DNA of 61,934 nt from Pelomyxa schiedti (taxonomy: Eukaryota; Protista; Evosea), in the NCBI GenBank assembly GCA_020536535.1, contig JAHLWZ010000879.1, forward strand, positions 1 to 61,934, written 5' to 3'. The notes beneath the pieces are model-generated. The model was given only the letters and a program-made list of their open reading frames with translations. It was not told the origin of the DNA and made no database searches. A program made the position numbers and the translations under genes. Of the stretch, positions 12,501 through 26,200 are shown in pieces; position 1 is the stretch's first letter, and every line of letters begins with the position of its first letter.

Positions 12501-15500
12501 ATTGGGGTGATTTATTAGGTGGTGGTGGCAATTCCTCAGCAGCATCAACAGAAAAGCCCAAAAAAGAGTGGTTTGAAGAAAGTGATGATGATACTGACAA
12601 GGCTGGATCTGATGAAACTTCCTCCACTCCTAAACTTAGTGAACCTGAGAAAAGAGATTCAACTAGTAACAACCTCACTTCTCACACGGATCCCCTAGAA
12701 TCTGAAGAAGAAAGTGACGAAGATCCAGTGGACCCAGTAACAGATGAAGAAAAGAAAGATGTGGACGATGCCTGTGATGAGTATGAGAAATGCTCGGTTC
12801 TCCCTGCCATGAATACAGAGTTCATTGAAGAAATACGTTTCAAAACAGCACTCAACTTGTCTGTCCAGGTTGGCAGTAACCTCACCATTACTCCCTTCTT
12901 ACAACTCTTTGAACTTTCAATTTCTTAGTCCCTTGTGTCACACACTGCCACAGTTGACGGGTGCACAGAAGCTGCTATGCGTGCTCGCGATTTTACGGGC
13001 ACCTGGGCCACCCAATTAAATGTGGATGTGGACAAACTCCGGAAAGCCGTTTTGAAATTTTGTTCTAGTCACGGATATCTTGGCATTGCTTCTGCTTTGC
13101 AAAAGGCTGGATTTGATACATCAACTACTGCAAGTTCGGACCAGACCGTAGTTATTCATGAGTTACTTGGTCATTTCAAGAGACTTCCACAGCTATTGTT
13201 ATCACATCCACTTGTACATGCTTCTGCAGTTACACTAGGATTTATCGCCCAGTATTTGCAATTTTTTCTTTTTTTTAAATTTCATTCCCTTCCCTTAGTG
13301 AATTGAAGTTGTGTGAGCAGTTGATTCCTCCAATCCCAAACTCTTTGTCCCAGACTGTAAAGAATAAAGTCAAACTTTTCGTATATGTATGTTGTATTTT
13401 CACCACAAAATCACTTTCTTTTTTCACTATATAGGACCAACTTTTCTGTAATCTAGGTAGGCACATTCCTTTCTGCCTGGAGAGACCACAACTATGAAGA
13501 TATGGCTATCCTATTACAAACACAAGACATTGTTGCAAACACACACACCTTGTTTCGGAGGAATATTATGCAGAGTTCTCAATGCCAAATTTCTCCAGTA
13601 CTTCATGAGTACCTCCCAGAAGACACAGAGCATGTAGACGAAGAGGAAATTACCGTCAAGAAAGAAACACCTGAAGTAATCCTTGTTTCAAAGATTTATT
13701 CTAACAGTATCAGGAAAAGAAAATTGATCTCTTTGTGTCTGGTCTGATTTCTCTTTTAGCCATTAAAGCAATGATTTTTCGGATTTCAAACTATTCTGCT
13801 GTTGACCCAATATTCAGTATGAATTTGCCCTATTAATTTTTTTAAAAGAAAAAAATTTTCATTTTCACTTCTGAAAAGTGGTGGAAGAGATTCGAAATTG
13901 GATATCTGGAATGTTACAGTGGTCTCAAGTTCTACAAAGTAGAGTGAGTGAGTTGAACCCACGCACTCCCAGCACACCACTCTTTACTGCTTCGTCTACA
14001 AGCAGCAGCACTAGCAATAGTCCATCCCCATTTTTGAAAGAAGTGAAATTACTGGTGGAGCAGGCGAATTGTGTCAAATCTTCTTCTCAGATGCATGCAT
14101 TCTGGTTATTTTTGAATGCTCAGCTTCCCAGTACCTCGACAGTTGAACAGCTGTTATCTGTGTTACCAGTGCGTAGCCTGCCTCGTTTTTTCCCCAAGTC
14201 ATCACCTTTGTTGTAGAATGAATCAACTTTGCCTGCAATCTCCTTTGAAAAGGAGAATGTCTTTTTCCAGTACAAAGATTTACTCCAATCATTCTGTATA
14301 TCTGTAATTCTTTGATGCCTTCTTTATAAAATTGATTTGGGATAGAATGATCGGAAGTATGTGGCAGCAGCTTCTCGAAGCGGAATTAAAGAAATCAACA
14401 TTGCAGAGTCTCGGCAGGTACAAGATGATGATGACTTCGTCTTGGTATTTATCAATTCCAAGGATTTCTTTATCACCAAATTGTCCTGATTTTGAACAGG
14501 AAGACTCTCTTACATTACAAAATGTTTCTGGAAATCCATCAAAACCCATCACGGGGTTCCCGTTACAAAGTTGTCAAGTGGGCAGCTCAGCCTCAGAACC
14601 AGTTTGGCACATCACTCTAGTTTTCTCCAGTTTTAAAAAACCTAGGTTCTCAGAACAGGCTTTGTTTCAAATTGGCTTGAGGGGCACCCAATTTACCCCT
14701 ATTGTTTGTCAAAGACCCAACAAAATAACACTAAAAACCCGTAGATATGTCTGGTTGTGCTGATGGGAAAATACACCTCTGGCAGTTTCAATGTCCCAAC
14801 AAATTGGGCACCTATGCTGTTGGGGGTACTGCTGAGGCCATACTGCGATGCAGATTTAGCCCTACAGGGCAGAGATTTGCAGGCTGCGATAATGCAGGAA
14901 ACATGGCTTTATGGAGTTTAACTTCAGGCGATATGACACTTGCTCCCTTTTATGTTTGTATCCTTTTTTTTTTGGTTGATGATCCGGCTACCCGTGATTT
15001 TAATGCACTTACAGAGACTCCGGGCTCATAATCGTCAATGTAATGACCTTGCTTTCCTCAACTTTGGCAGTTTCGTGGCTACAGTTGGTGCTAGCAAAGA
15101 TCCCTCGAAGTCCATTTTCCTCACATAAAATTGTATCTCGATATAACTATTCTCATAGTAACATATGCCTCTGGGATACACTTCTTCCACCCCACCAAGC
15201 GTGTGTCATGGCTTCATCTGCCTTGATGACAACAGCCACGAGCTTAGTGTATTCTCCCAGACATCAGATGCTAATCTGTGGTGACAAAAAGGGGCAAACG
15301 TGTATGATCCCATTCTATTAATATCTTCTCGGAACCTCACCGGAAATAGACTCATTCGACATCCGCAAGTTCGGGGTATTGACAACCGGAAAGCCGCATG
15401 CCTCGGCCGTCACTTCCCTCGTTCTTGATCCCTCTGAGAATTACGTTTTGTCAGGATCAACTGATTCCTATATCAAGGTCAATCAATCCACACTTCCAAA

Positions 15501-15797
15501 TGCACAACCCAAGGAATCCCACAATTAACTTCAAACCAGGTGTCTTCGCTCCCAATGCTGGCACCAGCCACGGAGTGGGCTTGCCATTCCCGGCATTCAT
15601 TTGTAAAACCAGCCGCCGGCTTTTGGAATGTTGTAAATACTGTTGCAGTCACAAAGGTACAAGGCCCCACCCCAGATCAATCCATCAAAATCCCAACTCA
15701 ACATTCTTCATTTTTGCAGTTGGAGATTTGCCAGCATTATCTGTACTCATGTGGTGCCGATGGCCGCCTCGTGGCTCGTGAATTCACCCTCCACTGA
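6554..15797 (+). CDS. DMXL2: Rabconnectin-3 alpha / DmX-like / RAV1-like V-ATPase assembly factor (N-terminal WD40, Rav1p_C region, C-terminal WD40)
   Basis: N-terminal AYGCGRSVVVVS..IAAGAAKKVFIFTP resembles the DMXL start; central LDACGLRFLL, DIAWALHSEAQE, SDWEAARSLGVG, KWKTAAAQNAF match the Rav1p_C region; C-terminal WD repeats SGCADGKIHLWQF, NICLWDTLLPP, LVYSPRHQMLICGDKKG; many GT..AG introns; stop at 15795-15797. Confidence 0.9.
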
Positions 15798-15938
15798 AAA
15801 CTGGAACACCCAAACCACATCGGGGAAGCATTTTTCTCGATTCCACCACCCACTGTTTCTAGATTCTCCTTTCCTCATAAACAAAAATTGCGAATTTAAT
15901 AAAAACCAATGTCTTAACAACCACACAGCACCCACGAC

Positions 15939-17244
15939 ATGACACGAAGACGCAAGTCACAACGAGAGCAAACCGAGACGCCGGGAACTGGTGCCTCTGG
16001 AACTGAGGGAAAGGGCGAGAGCGTAGCCGCGTGTGTGGAACCAGCAGTCGTAACTACACAAAGTAGCGCCTCGGTATTAGATTATGGGCGCACTGTTCCG
16101 CCCTCTTGGGCACCTCTCGGAAAGATGAGGCTTTTGGTTCAAGATAGCGACTCTGAGTCTTCAAGTAATGTGGGCGAGGAGACTAACACGAGAAGAGACG
16201 GCAAACCATGTTAGTCCTACATATCAATTAAAGTCAACGCTGAGATTGGAGCGGCGCAACAGTAATAATTGAAACGCCTGCCAACTTACGGAGAATGCAG
16301 CTTTATCGACAACTGCGGAAGAAGAAGCCGAGTTTACTCGCTGTATCCTGGCAGAACTGTATTTCGGGGGTGTGCAACAAGTTCTCAAAAGTCAACAGTA
16401 CATTGGTGTGACTGCTAAACAGGGAGAAATTGTGGATCCAGGTTCTCATTCTTGTATTTACGACCGGGATTCTAATTCGTTTTTTCCTTCAGACCTAGGA
16501 GAAATTGATGCCCAGGTTATTGTCGACTCTGGTGGGGAAATTTCTTTGCAAGAAATTCTGCCCGGTGATGCCCTTGTGGTGCAGACAAACTGTGGCTCTC
16601 GAATACAAACTGACACTGTTATTCATGGCCCTTCCAGTATTATAGTGGAGGTAAAGGCCTCATTTCCCAGGTGCGGTGCTTCCCTCATAAAGTTCGTTTA
16701 ACATTGTAAGGCCATGTGTGGTGCGATGGTCAACAAAAACGGAATGCTTCATTGCCTTTCTGGAGAGACATCCTGAACTCCAACATTTCAAGTATTTCAA
16801 CTTCTTTTTTTTTTTTTTTTTGCTCACCAAAATAGGAAATATGTCGTTGTATTGTTCGATGGGAGCAGAAGCCCGTCAGCCCCTCACCCACAATGTTCAG
16901 GACAAACCCAAGAAAGCCGATCCACGTTAAGGGCAAAGGTTTCCCTTCTTTCATTCAAGGTAACTGTTCACTCGTACGTGTAGGTGAAGAAATTCTGGGA
17001 GTCTGTACTTTACTGTGCAGTTTACACTTCCAGAGTAGAACTTATGCATTGGCCATGTGAAGTCCTGGAAAAAAGGTTAACCAAAATGGGAAAACTGGTG
17101 GACACAACAGCAACAGAGGCAGAACCAGAAAGAGTGGAAGTGCTAAAAAAAGTACCAAAAAGGAAGAAGAAAGGAAAGAATAACCCTAAAGGAGCACACA
17201 AGTCAAGAAATAGTAGAAACACCAATAAGAAATGTTCCTGCTAG
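15939..17244 (+). CDS. Hypothetical multi-exon protein with a possible PD-(D/E)XK nuclease-like segment
   Basis: ATG 15939; open exon ~16310-16670 ends in IQTDTVIHGPSSIIVEVKASF, splicable to WSTKTECFIAFLERHPELQHFK and KYVVVLFDG; Lys-rich tail to 17244. Confidence 0.45.
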
Positions 17245-17600
17245 CTTCCCCACAAATCTCTCCAACCACCTGCTGTTCAATTAGACTACCACCCATAATG
17301 CCACAAAGCCTCCCTCAGGGAGAGCCACCCCTTGTGAGTGGAACAAAAACAGAAAAAGGAAACTTTGCCTTTTCCGGCTGAAGGAACAAGGGTAGATCGA
17401 GACTAGTCTTGTGATAACAAAGACTTCCGTTCCTTTGGGAAAAGGGACTCCTCCGCAGAAACAAAACCTTAGACCATCGAAGCGATCATCGAACCAAGAT
17501 GGAGATATGTCATCAAAACAAAAGGCAATAACACAACAACGGAACCTTTTTGGTTTTTCCTGTAATGCGCCATCAGCGTGGGTCGTTGCCCGTGGCCGAA

Positions 17601-20600
17601 ATGTCCCGATCACGCGGCTTTTCTTCGTTGTTCTCGTCGTCTAAAGGAGACCCACAGCCTAGAGACGGGGCGACCTCCCCACAACAGCAGCACAACCAAC
17701 AACAGGAGGACGTCACACAAAAGCAACTGCAGGAACAGCAGTCTCGGCGGCAAGCCACGTCGCCGTCCCCGTCCCCGGTTCCACCCCCAGCACCGACGAC
17801 GTCGTCGGCGCCTGAAGGCGAGGTCGCGCCGACGGCGCCGCTGGCGGTGCCTATCGCGAGGCGCGGGAACGCTGGCGGGGCAGGAGCTTCGATTATGGGT
17901 TCATCTTCGCCTTCGTCTTTCTCTTTGTTGTCTTCGTCGGCGAAGGGGAGCTTCACGACTCTAGACGCAACCAAAATTGGCACCGGCGCACGGCCTATTT
18001 CTAGCACTACGCCCAATCTCCCGAGTGTGATTCTCGTAGATTGTGAGTTTTCCTACTGTATTGGTTTAGATGGTTATTTATATATATGCTCTTACCTTCC
18101 AATGAAAAAGATTCAAAACTGTCACCTTCTAAGACTTTGGTAACTGTACCACCAGGCTTTATCCATCGGGTAAGAAATTGGAAATGATCTTTTATGTTAA
18201 CATTCACAAAAGATTCTCTCATTCTTACCTGTAAGAGACATTATCTCTGTGTCTCTCACGTGCAAGTACTTATATAACGTTTCTTTGGACGATGCATTAT
18301 GGTAAGCAAAAGCATTTGCAAAGAAAACACCAATGGAAAGTGCAGGAAGGTACTTGTGCATAGAATGCCTCTGAAATCGGGTGCAACCCGTGACATTGGG
18401 AATGGTCTTGACTGGCATGGTCTTTTCATCCAACTATGTCTGATTCTTTTTTTGTGTAAATTCAAGTGACGTTCTTATTATAGACTTCTTTGGTGGTTCA
18501 TCTCTATCTGAGGTCGGTGTCTTCCTCTCCTTGTTTCCTGATACACTTGAATATGAACGAGACAAAACTGATCTATTGGAGAAAACGATGGCAACTTCCT
18601 ACTTTTTGCCAACTTTGACTCACCATTTCTTCTTGGGTTTTTTCAGAGGTACTGCAAATTTTTCAAGAAATGGGAGCCCCACAAAGATTGCATAAATCAG
18701 TTGTATAAAATGCATGTTGCCAACAAGGCCCATGTGGAAGCTGGTAACTGCCAGTTGCAACTGGCTGCGGATCTAGAGTGGGTTGACGAACAAGAACAAT
18801 TTTCCAGAAAGGAACGTCTGTTGAAAACTGCTTTGAGACATTTCTCTGATGGAAGGTATTGGGAGTGTTGCTTGGAAGTGTTACAGCAACTGCGAAAGGC
18901 CTGGCAGCCTTTCCCAACCATGTCAGTTAAGACCCTTGGATTGCCAGTATGTTACTGGAACCCCTTACCTTCTCTTACTGGTGACAAGCCTCTTGAAGAG
19001 AATTATCGTACCTTGATCAAATCCCATGCAAATCAAAGACTCCCATACCAGTACTTTTTTGTCGAATTTTCTGGTGAATGTGATGCATGGAGTAAGTCCG
19101 TTCAGGTAAGCACTAAAAGAACTGCAGCCGTGTATCTGAGACTTTAAAGAACAGAAAGTTCATTGTCAGAGGGGCCGAGGCTGAACGTATATTGCCGTTT
19201 GTCAATAATCTTCAAAGACGGTTTCCCAAAGCAACAATTATTCACTCAAACACGCAGAAGCCTGAGGGAGAATGTATTCAGTTGTGCAGTGGCCCGCCAC
19301 ACAACTCACCCTTTGTAGGTATTTATGTGCGTGCTTGTACTCCTGTACGTCTTCGAGAATCGATGGCCAAGGAATATGGATTACCATTCTCTGTTCCAAA
19401 ATTTCCCCCCGACAGTACTTTAATTGTACTGTAACACATAGTATACTAATTAACCTTTTCCTCTAAGTGCTCGCCGAATCTGAGGTGTTTTATCAGAACC
19501 ACGACGTGAATACATTCTTTTACAGTTCACCTTTCGTGAAAGAAGGAAAACTTGGAGGCGCCGATACATTTAGTGTATGCTTCTACGATGTAAATTTTTG
19601 TATCTAAGTTTCGCCCGTAGAAACTCTGGATATGTCAGACATATGCTGTCTCCAAGACACATTTTCCGTCTATCTCACGGTGGTGTGAAGTTATTCAAAT
19701 TGTCAAAGTAACTTCTCTGACGTCTCTGGTGGCTCACTTATTCTAACCTACTTAACAGGTAGAGAAGTCTCCTTTGGAAAATGCCTACGAAGCTGTTACA
19801 GTTAAAAATAAGGATATTGTGTCCGTAATGGAAAAAGTGAAATCGGATACAAACTTAAAATATGTTAGTGCTTTGTCAATGACCCTCTCAGGTACCACCA
19901 TTGTAATCGATACCTCCAACACTCCACAGGGGTTGTCGATGCAGCTGTTTCAGGGGGAATAAAAAACTATATGGATGCGTTCCTAACAAGAGAATTTGTA
20001 TTGGAAAACAAGGATCAAGCTCCCCACATAGCCAAGCTTATTGTACCTTTCCTCTTCATCCCTTCTTTTTTTTTACCAAGCACAGTCAACCATTAGAGAA
20101 CAGAAGGAAATTCTTGCTAAAGCACTGGCCAAGCACGCCACTGTTGTCAGTGAAAACATGAAATCATTTCATGAAAAACTTGAAAGTGTATCCTACTTGT
20201 TTACTTTCTGCTGTTTAATTGAGGTATCCCTATTCTATAGCGTGCTTTGCAGAGTGGAGTGGTAGTGTGACAAGGATATGCAATGAAGCTGAAGAATTCA
20301 TTTCTCAAACACCAGAACTTGTACCTGGTGACAGTAGGCACAAGGTTCACTCACTCAACTATGGAGAAATGGATAGTCTCAAAGAAATTATAGAACAAGT
20401 ATAAACGCAGCTCGCACATAATGTTGTAGTAATTCAAGACAGGTTGAAGGACAAAACAAGAATACCACCCATAATGCAACGCTCAGTCAGCAAGTATGTT
20501 GTTTAATTTGTGTTTGCATACTGAGTTTTCTTTTCAGTGCACACTCATTCTGGCAGCAGCTAAACAAGCTCCTGATCCAGCAGTAGCCACTATGAACACC

Positions 20601-23115
20601 CCAAGTAACGATGGACCAGCTGCCCAGGAAGTTGATAAAACTCTGTCTGCTTTAATTCCTGATGTACCCGATTCTGGTGCCTCGGGGCATTTGTAAGCAC
20701 CCCAATTTCCCATCCCTCCAGACTCTCTTCCACCCACTGAAATAGGAATTTGCCAGCGACTCGTGGGAGACGCTCTAAGTCACTAACTCGAAACGGGAAC
20801 CGAAATCATGCAGAGGTACCAAACTCAATCAAATTAGACAAACCTAACACTTGCATCAGAAACCAGGGGGCCGAGAGGTCCCTCCACGCGGGAGACCTCG
20901 CACTAGGGAATTGGCCAACACCAAAGGAAAGCCCCATGATCCTTCCAAGGTTATTGTTTTTTTATTCCAATATTTTAGCATCACATTTGAAGATCCATGT
21001 TCAGCAAAGACGGGACTCCCCTATATTGTGTGCTCATTCTTCTTTTTAAAAAAATCCTCACAGAATTTGCTTTTTTTGTTACAGGTCACACAAACCTCCT
21101 CCTGATGTATGCCGTCTCCTTTTTATGTGCAATTAAACCAGAAATCACAGAATCTAGCAAAAAGTTCCTGCCTCTTTGAGCCCAGTGATCCAGATTATAT
21201 TGTATTCTAATGCACTGGCTTGTCATTTTATTATTTGCTCATTTTATCCAACAGCCACCACCACCCATTGAGCCTCCTGTTGACGGCAAAGAGAACAGAA
21301 GTCTTTCAACTTCTCCTCCCAACACGATTAGAGATGACATGATGGCTACTTCACCAGTCGCAGTAAATGTAGCTGATAAACTTGGCGTTACGAATATTCG
21401 ACACGGTCGCCAAGCTGGTCCCGGAAAACCCAGACAATCAACAGACATCAACAAATCTACTTCACAAACAAATTTGCATAATGGAAGAGCAAATGATGGT
21501 TCTTTGTCACAGTCAAATTCTCGTGTGCCATTAGAGAGTGATGGCGCAAACCAAAAGTTACGGATAAACTCCTTACTTCATGAGGTATTTTTGCTGATAT
21601 CTTGGTGATTTGTCTAATTTCCTTTAAGAATAAACTTTTGAAGCAACAAATTGAAATTCTTACCTCCACAATTTCCGAAAAATCTGCCATTATTAGTCGG
21701 TATTGATAAGAAACTTCTACACGTAGAATGACACCATAATAAGATATGAACTTGAGTTACGTGAACAGGAACAACGTATCCAGGAGGGCTATCAACGGGA
21801 ATTGGAGGAATTAAACACCCTCCACAAGCGTCAAGTCGTGGCATTGGAGCAAATGAACTCTGACTACAGGCACCGAATGGATGAAATACTTGGCGAGCAC
21901 ATCCGTCTTCTTGCCCAGATTCAAGCTGAGCACCAAACCCAGCTCAGAGATTTTATTCAACATAGACAAGTACACCAAAATCAAAGAAAGCTTCAGCCTA
22001 AAAAATCGGAAAGCGCAGAAACCCCTCAAGCTCCATTCTCATCTAGTGACTCACGATACTCCGCACCAGGAAAGGAGCTTCTTATCACACAACAGCCTTC
22101 CCTCCAATCATCCACACCCCCTGCAGTACAACCACCATCTGCAGTTAATGTTACATCTCCGTCGGCACCTCCCTCCCAGTTACCACCGTCCACAGACAGG
22201 AATAATCAATCTCCACCAAAAGTCCCACCTGTCCAAACAACAAATAGACGTACCTCTGCATCTCAATCCTCCAAGCCACAGTTAACAACTAAGATTAACC
22301 CCCAAGCAACCCAAGACCCCCACAAGGTCGAAAGCTTGTCATCGTCGGAAAAACCATCCAGCGTACAAGCTTTGCCAGGCTCCTCTAAAGACTCTGCACA
22401 TATACCTACCCCCTCGGAACAGCGATTCTCCGGGTAATTCCTTCTATTTTACTTTATGGATCTAAAAGTGTAATGTCCAAGGTCAAAGGAAAACCCAAGT
22501 TTCTCCAGGTCTTTTTTCTAGTAGTAAAATTGCATCTAATGACATCTAGTGATTCTCATGTTAGGCGTGGGGATTCATTAAGTGAAACACTTGATAATGT
22601 ATGGAACTACTTCCCCACACAAGCAAAATATGTTTTACATGGAAGTAACTTCATTTTCTTACCCACAGGATCTGCACAGCCTTCTCTCAACCACCGGTGG
22701 TGGTACCATCCATAGGAGGTCTTCATCATCCTCAGCTCTCTCTGAACTATCTGATACACATATTCGGAAAAAGCCCCCGAAGAATCCCGCCGTCTCTGGC
22801 GATCAGCCACACACACCTCCTCTTCATAGCGGCATTAACACCCGGCCCTCCGGCCCAGCGTCATCAAACAGCAGCACACCAACAAACACAGCACCTCGGA
22901 AGCAACACCCTGTACACTCCCCTTCTGTACACAAGAGCCTCACTACCAGCAGCATTGCACTGGGCACTGGTGCAACAACACTAACTACAACCACAACACT
23001 TACCACAACAACTACAGTACCCGTAATTCCCATCACTCCAGCAACACATACACACAAAGCATTACACAACCCAGTACCACCATCATCAGGTTCACCACAT
23101 TCCAACATGAGTTGA
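17601..23115 (+). CDS. DOCK-family Rac-type guanine nucleotide exchange factor (DHR-2 domain) with long low-complexity and coiled-coil C-terminus
   Basis: KMHVANKAHVEAGNCQL..RKERLLKTALRHFSDGRYWE, QYFFVEFSG, ENAYEAVTVKNKDI, and spliced LSMTLSGVVDAAVSGGIKNYMDAF are DHR-2 hallmarks; downstream exons remain open to 23115 (linkage of the 3' exons is less certain). Confidence 0.8.
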
Positions 23116-23234
23116 CGAGCCACTCAAGGCTACTACTTACTGTAATGTATATGAGGCACATTGTGTAGTAGGTTATTACTGGTTGAAGATAAGAACATGA
23201 GTTTTGTTTATCTTTGGGTGAAAAAGAAATTTTT

Positions 23235-26200
23235 TTATTGTTTCATTCCACCCGCGAAATTGATTAGTGCTAGAGTGGTGTTGAATAGGTGTTCTAAGTG
23301 ATTCCATGAATGTGTCTGTGTTTCCAGTATGGTGTCTACCAAACCTACAACATTTGTTTTGCTGGAGGTAGTGTTTGTCCTGTCCTCCAGTATGGATGAC
23401 AAGCTCAGTGTCTGCTGCAACACTGTTCCTTTTTCCTTCTGTCCAATTTGAATTATTGCGTCTCCATGTGCCTATAAATGGTTTTTTAGTGTTTTGAATG
23501 TCTTGTGAATAATAGGTACCCGGAAAAAAACGTCGGTGAATGCCTGAATAAGCTCGAAATCTCTATTCAGTTTGAGCCAATGATGGAGGAAGGCTAGCAT
23601 GTGCTGGGGTTTTTTTTAATTATAACTCCCACTATTTTGAAGAGAAGGAAACCTTCAAACTCTCGTGGTCATTCTCTGGAGTCAATGCCCGTATTTGCAT
23701 ATCAATAGCAGAAGGGCCGAGCTGCTTAAGATACTTCATAACAGGCACATCTTTTATAAGTTAAACAACAAAAAGAAACAATAAGCCTATCATACAATCG
23801 TGAGTACCATAGCCCTGGCTTAGAAGATCTTCCAATTTGGTTTTTATGGAGACAGAGGGTCGGGGGCCACGGTTTTGACCTAAAATATGTGACTCCCCTA
23901 TCATCAATTCACTTTTTTCGGGCTGAACAAGGAAAAAAGGTGCCGCTGAAGGTTTTTTTGGTGGTTCAATGGGCTTATTTCTCTCCTGGATGACTATAAG
24001 GTTTTTCCAAAAGAAAAACTGTCCTTACTTTTATGAGTTCCAAATTCTTAAGGGGCTTCCAGTGGGATTCGGGAACACTTGATAAAGTGACAAGATCAAG
24101 CTGGGTACAAAGGTCATCCTCTGCTGGGATTTCAACAACTGAGGACTTTGGTGTTTTTGATTTCTTAACTGAAAAGGAGGTAGTGATGGGTGGAGGAGGA
24201 CCAAGAAGCAGTGGAGTGTACCAGTTATTGTTTACCCTGGTTTCCAAGTTAAACGTTTTTTTTTTAAGAGGTTAATACCAAATCTGGATGGAGCGCTGTC
24301 CAGTGCAGGTAGTACACAAGAAGTTCCCAATGTTGTTGAATACTAGGGATGTTACAGGCCGCTTCAACCTCATCCAATCCAAGAGTTTTCCTGGTTTTTA
24401 ATGTTAATGTTTAGCAGTTAAATCACCTGTCAAAAACCTGATGGAATGTCCCACACTCTTACAGTTCGATCCATTCCTGCTGTCAGCAACCAATGGCCTG
24501 AAGGGAGAAAAGCCTTCCACGAGTTTGAAAATATACATTGTGAGTTGACTAAGTACCATGTCGTTTATCTGACTAGAATGTCCAGTAAAATGACGCACAA
24601 CATTCTGTGTGTCGATATCAAATACCTGTACAAAAATTGAAGGTTACTTCTTTTTTCCCCCAGTTATACTTGCCTTTACAGAGCCATCATCAAGAGATAT
24701 TGCTAGCAGGTTATTATCTCTATTCAAAACAATTTGAGAGGGGGCTGATCGAAATTCCAACTCTGATTCAATATCGCCTGATGCAAAATCCCAAACCTGA
24801 TAGACAATAAATGCACGGTAGTTTGTTTGTAAGTATACTCGCAGGGTTCTATCAAGGGAAGTAGTAATGACATGCTTACTGAGGTTATCACAAACAATGC
24901 CAGTTATCCCCCTTGTGTGGTCTGAGTATTGGTAAACATTTTGGTGCCGCTTAAAAAGTAATTTTACATTCAAATGTTTGCCTCAGTAGTCCGGATTGAA
25001 TGTTGAACTTCCCAACCCACCCTGCAGCAGTGCCAACGAATGCGAAATTACCACAGTAACTGATTGCAACTGCCTGAACGCCTTTTAATAGAAGAGAACC
25101 TCAATGCCGATACACAAACTGTAACATTTCTAGGAGCTTGCCCTTCAGCAACAAGTTGCCCATTCAGTCTGCGACTGCGTACACTCCAAGTGGCAGCATA
25201 CTCTTTATTAGAATGGGCAGTAACCAAACTATCCCAGAGATTGTCTTTGAGTGGCCCTGTACAACAGTAATTACTTTGTTCCCACAATAATGCAGATTAC
25301 ATGCATCCAGGGCTACAATACGCGGAAGGCGAACAGGAGCACCTTCATTTGACGCCGCGTAAGATGATTGAGACAATTCAGAACTAATAAGGGATCAAAA
25401 TTTTTGGAGTTTTCTTTGATAAAAAAAACCTATTGAAACCAGCAGTAGGGTCAAATAAGCGTACAGAACCGTCAGCACTGCATGTCATCAGTTGGTTTGT
25501 GTACTGCCTTAAAAATGAATGTTAATGTATGTTATGAAATTCCAAGGGTCTCACCTCACTCGCTGAATAGGTTTGGGATGCCCAGAGCGATAACGAAGTA
25601 GCCTTACCTCCCCTATGTTGCCTGGATTATCAAATATCCACATCTTTCAAAGTTTAACACCACACCATGGAACGCACTTACCATACATTCATAGCGTTAT
25701 CAGAACCAACACTTAATAGGATAGGTTCCCCGTATAAGAAGTAGAGAGAAGAAATTTTCCCTGCATGAGCACCTTTTTTGAACGCCTGAAGGGAACGGTC
25801 CATGAGGTTCCACATAGCAAGAGAACCATCTTCACCTCCTGAGACAAGAAGAGGATGAAGATCTGCAGTGAACAAAAAAGAAAAATAAGTAAAAAAGAGT
25901 AAATAACCCAGAACGGTGGGCAAACCTGTTCTAAAAGAGAGAGATGAGATTGGGCTTCCAGATTGTGTAAAACTGCAAACCGTCTGGTCCATCAAAAGGT
26001 TATGAACGTATATCTTTCCAGAGGCCAAGCCAATAGCAACAACATCAATAACGGGAGACTGAGCCAAGCAAGTAACTTCTGCTGACCATCCTTTTCATGA
26101 TTTAGTGGCTGGACTGTGTAGTTGTGGAACTACTTGTAGTTCTGAATCAGATACCTTTAAATTCGTAGATGATGGACTTTGTATGAATATTTACAAGCAA

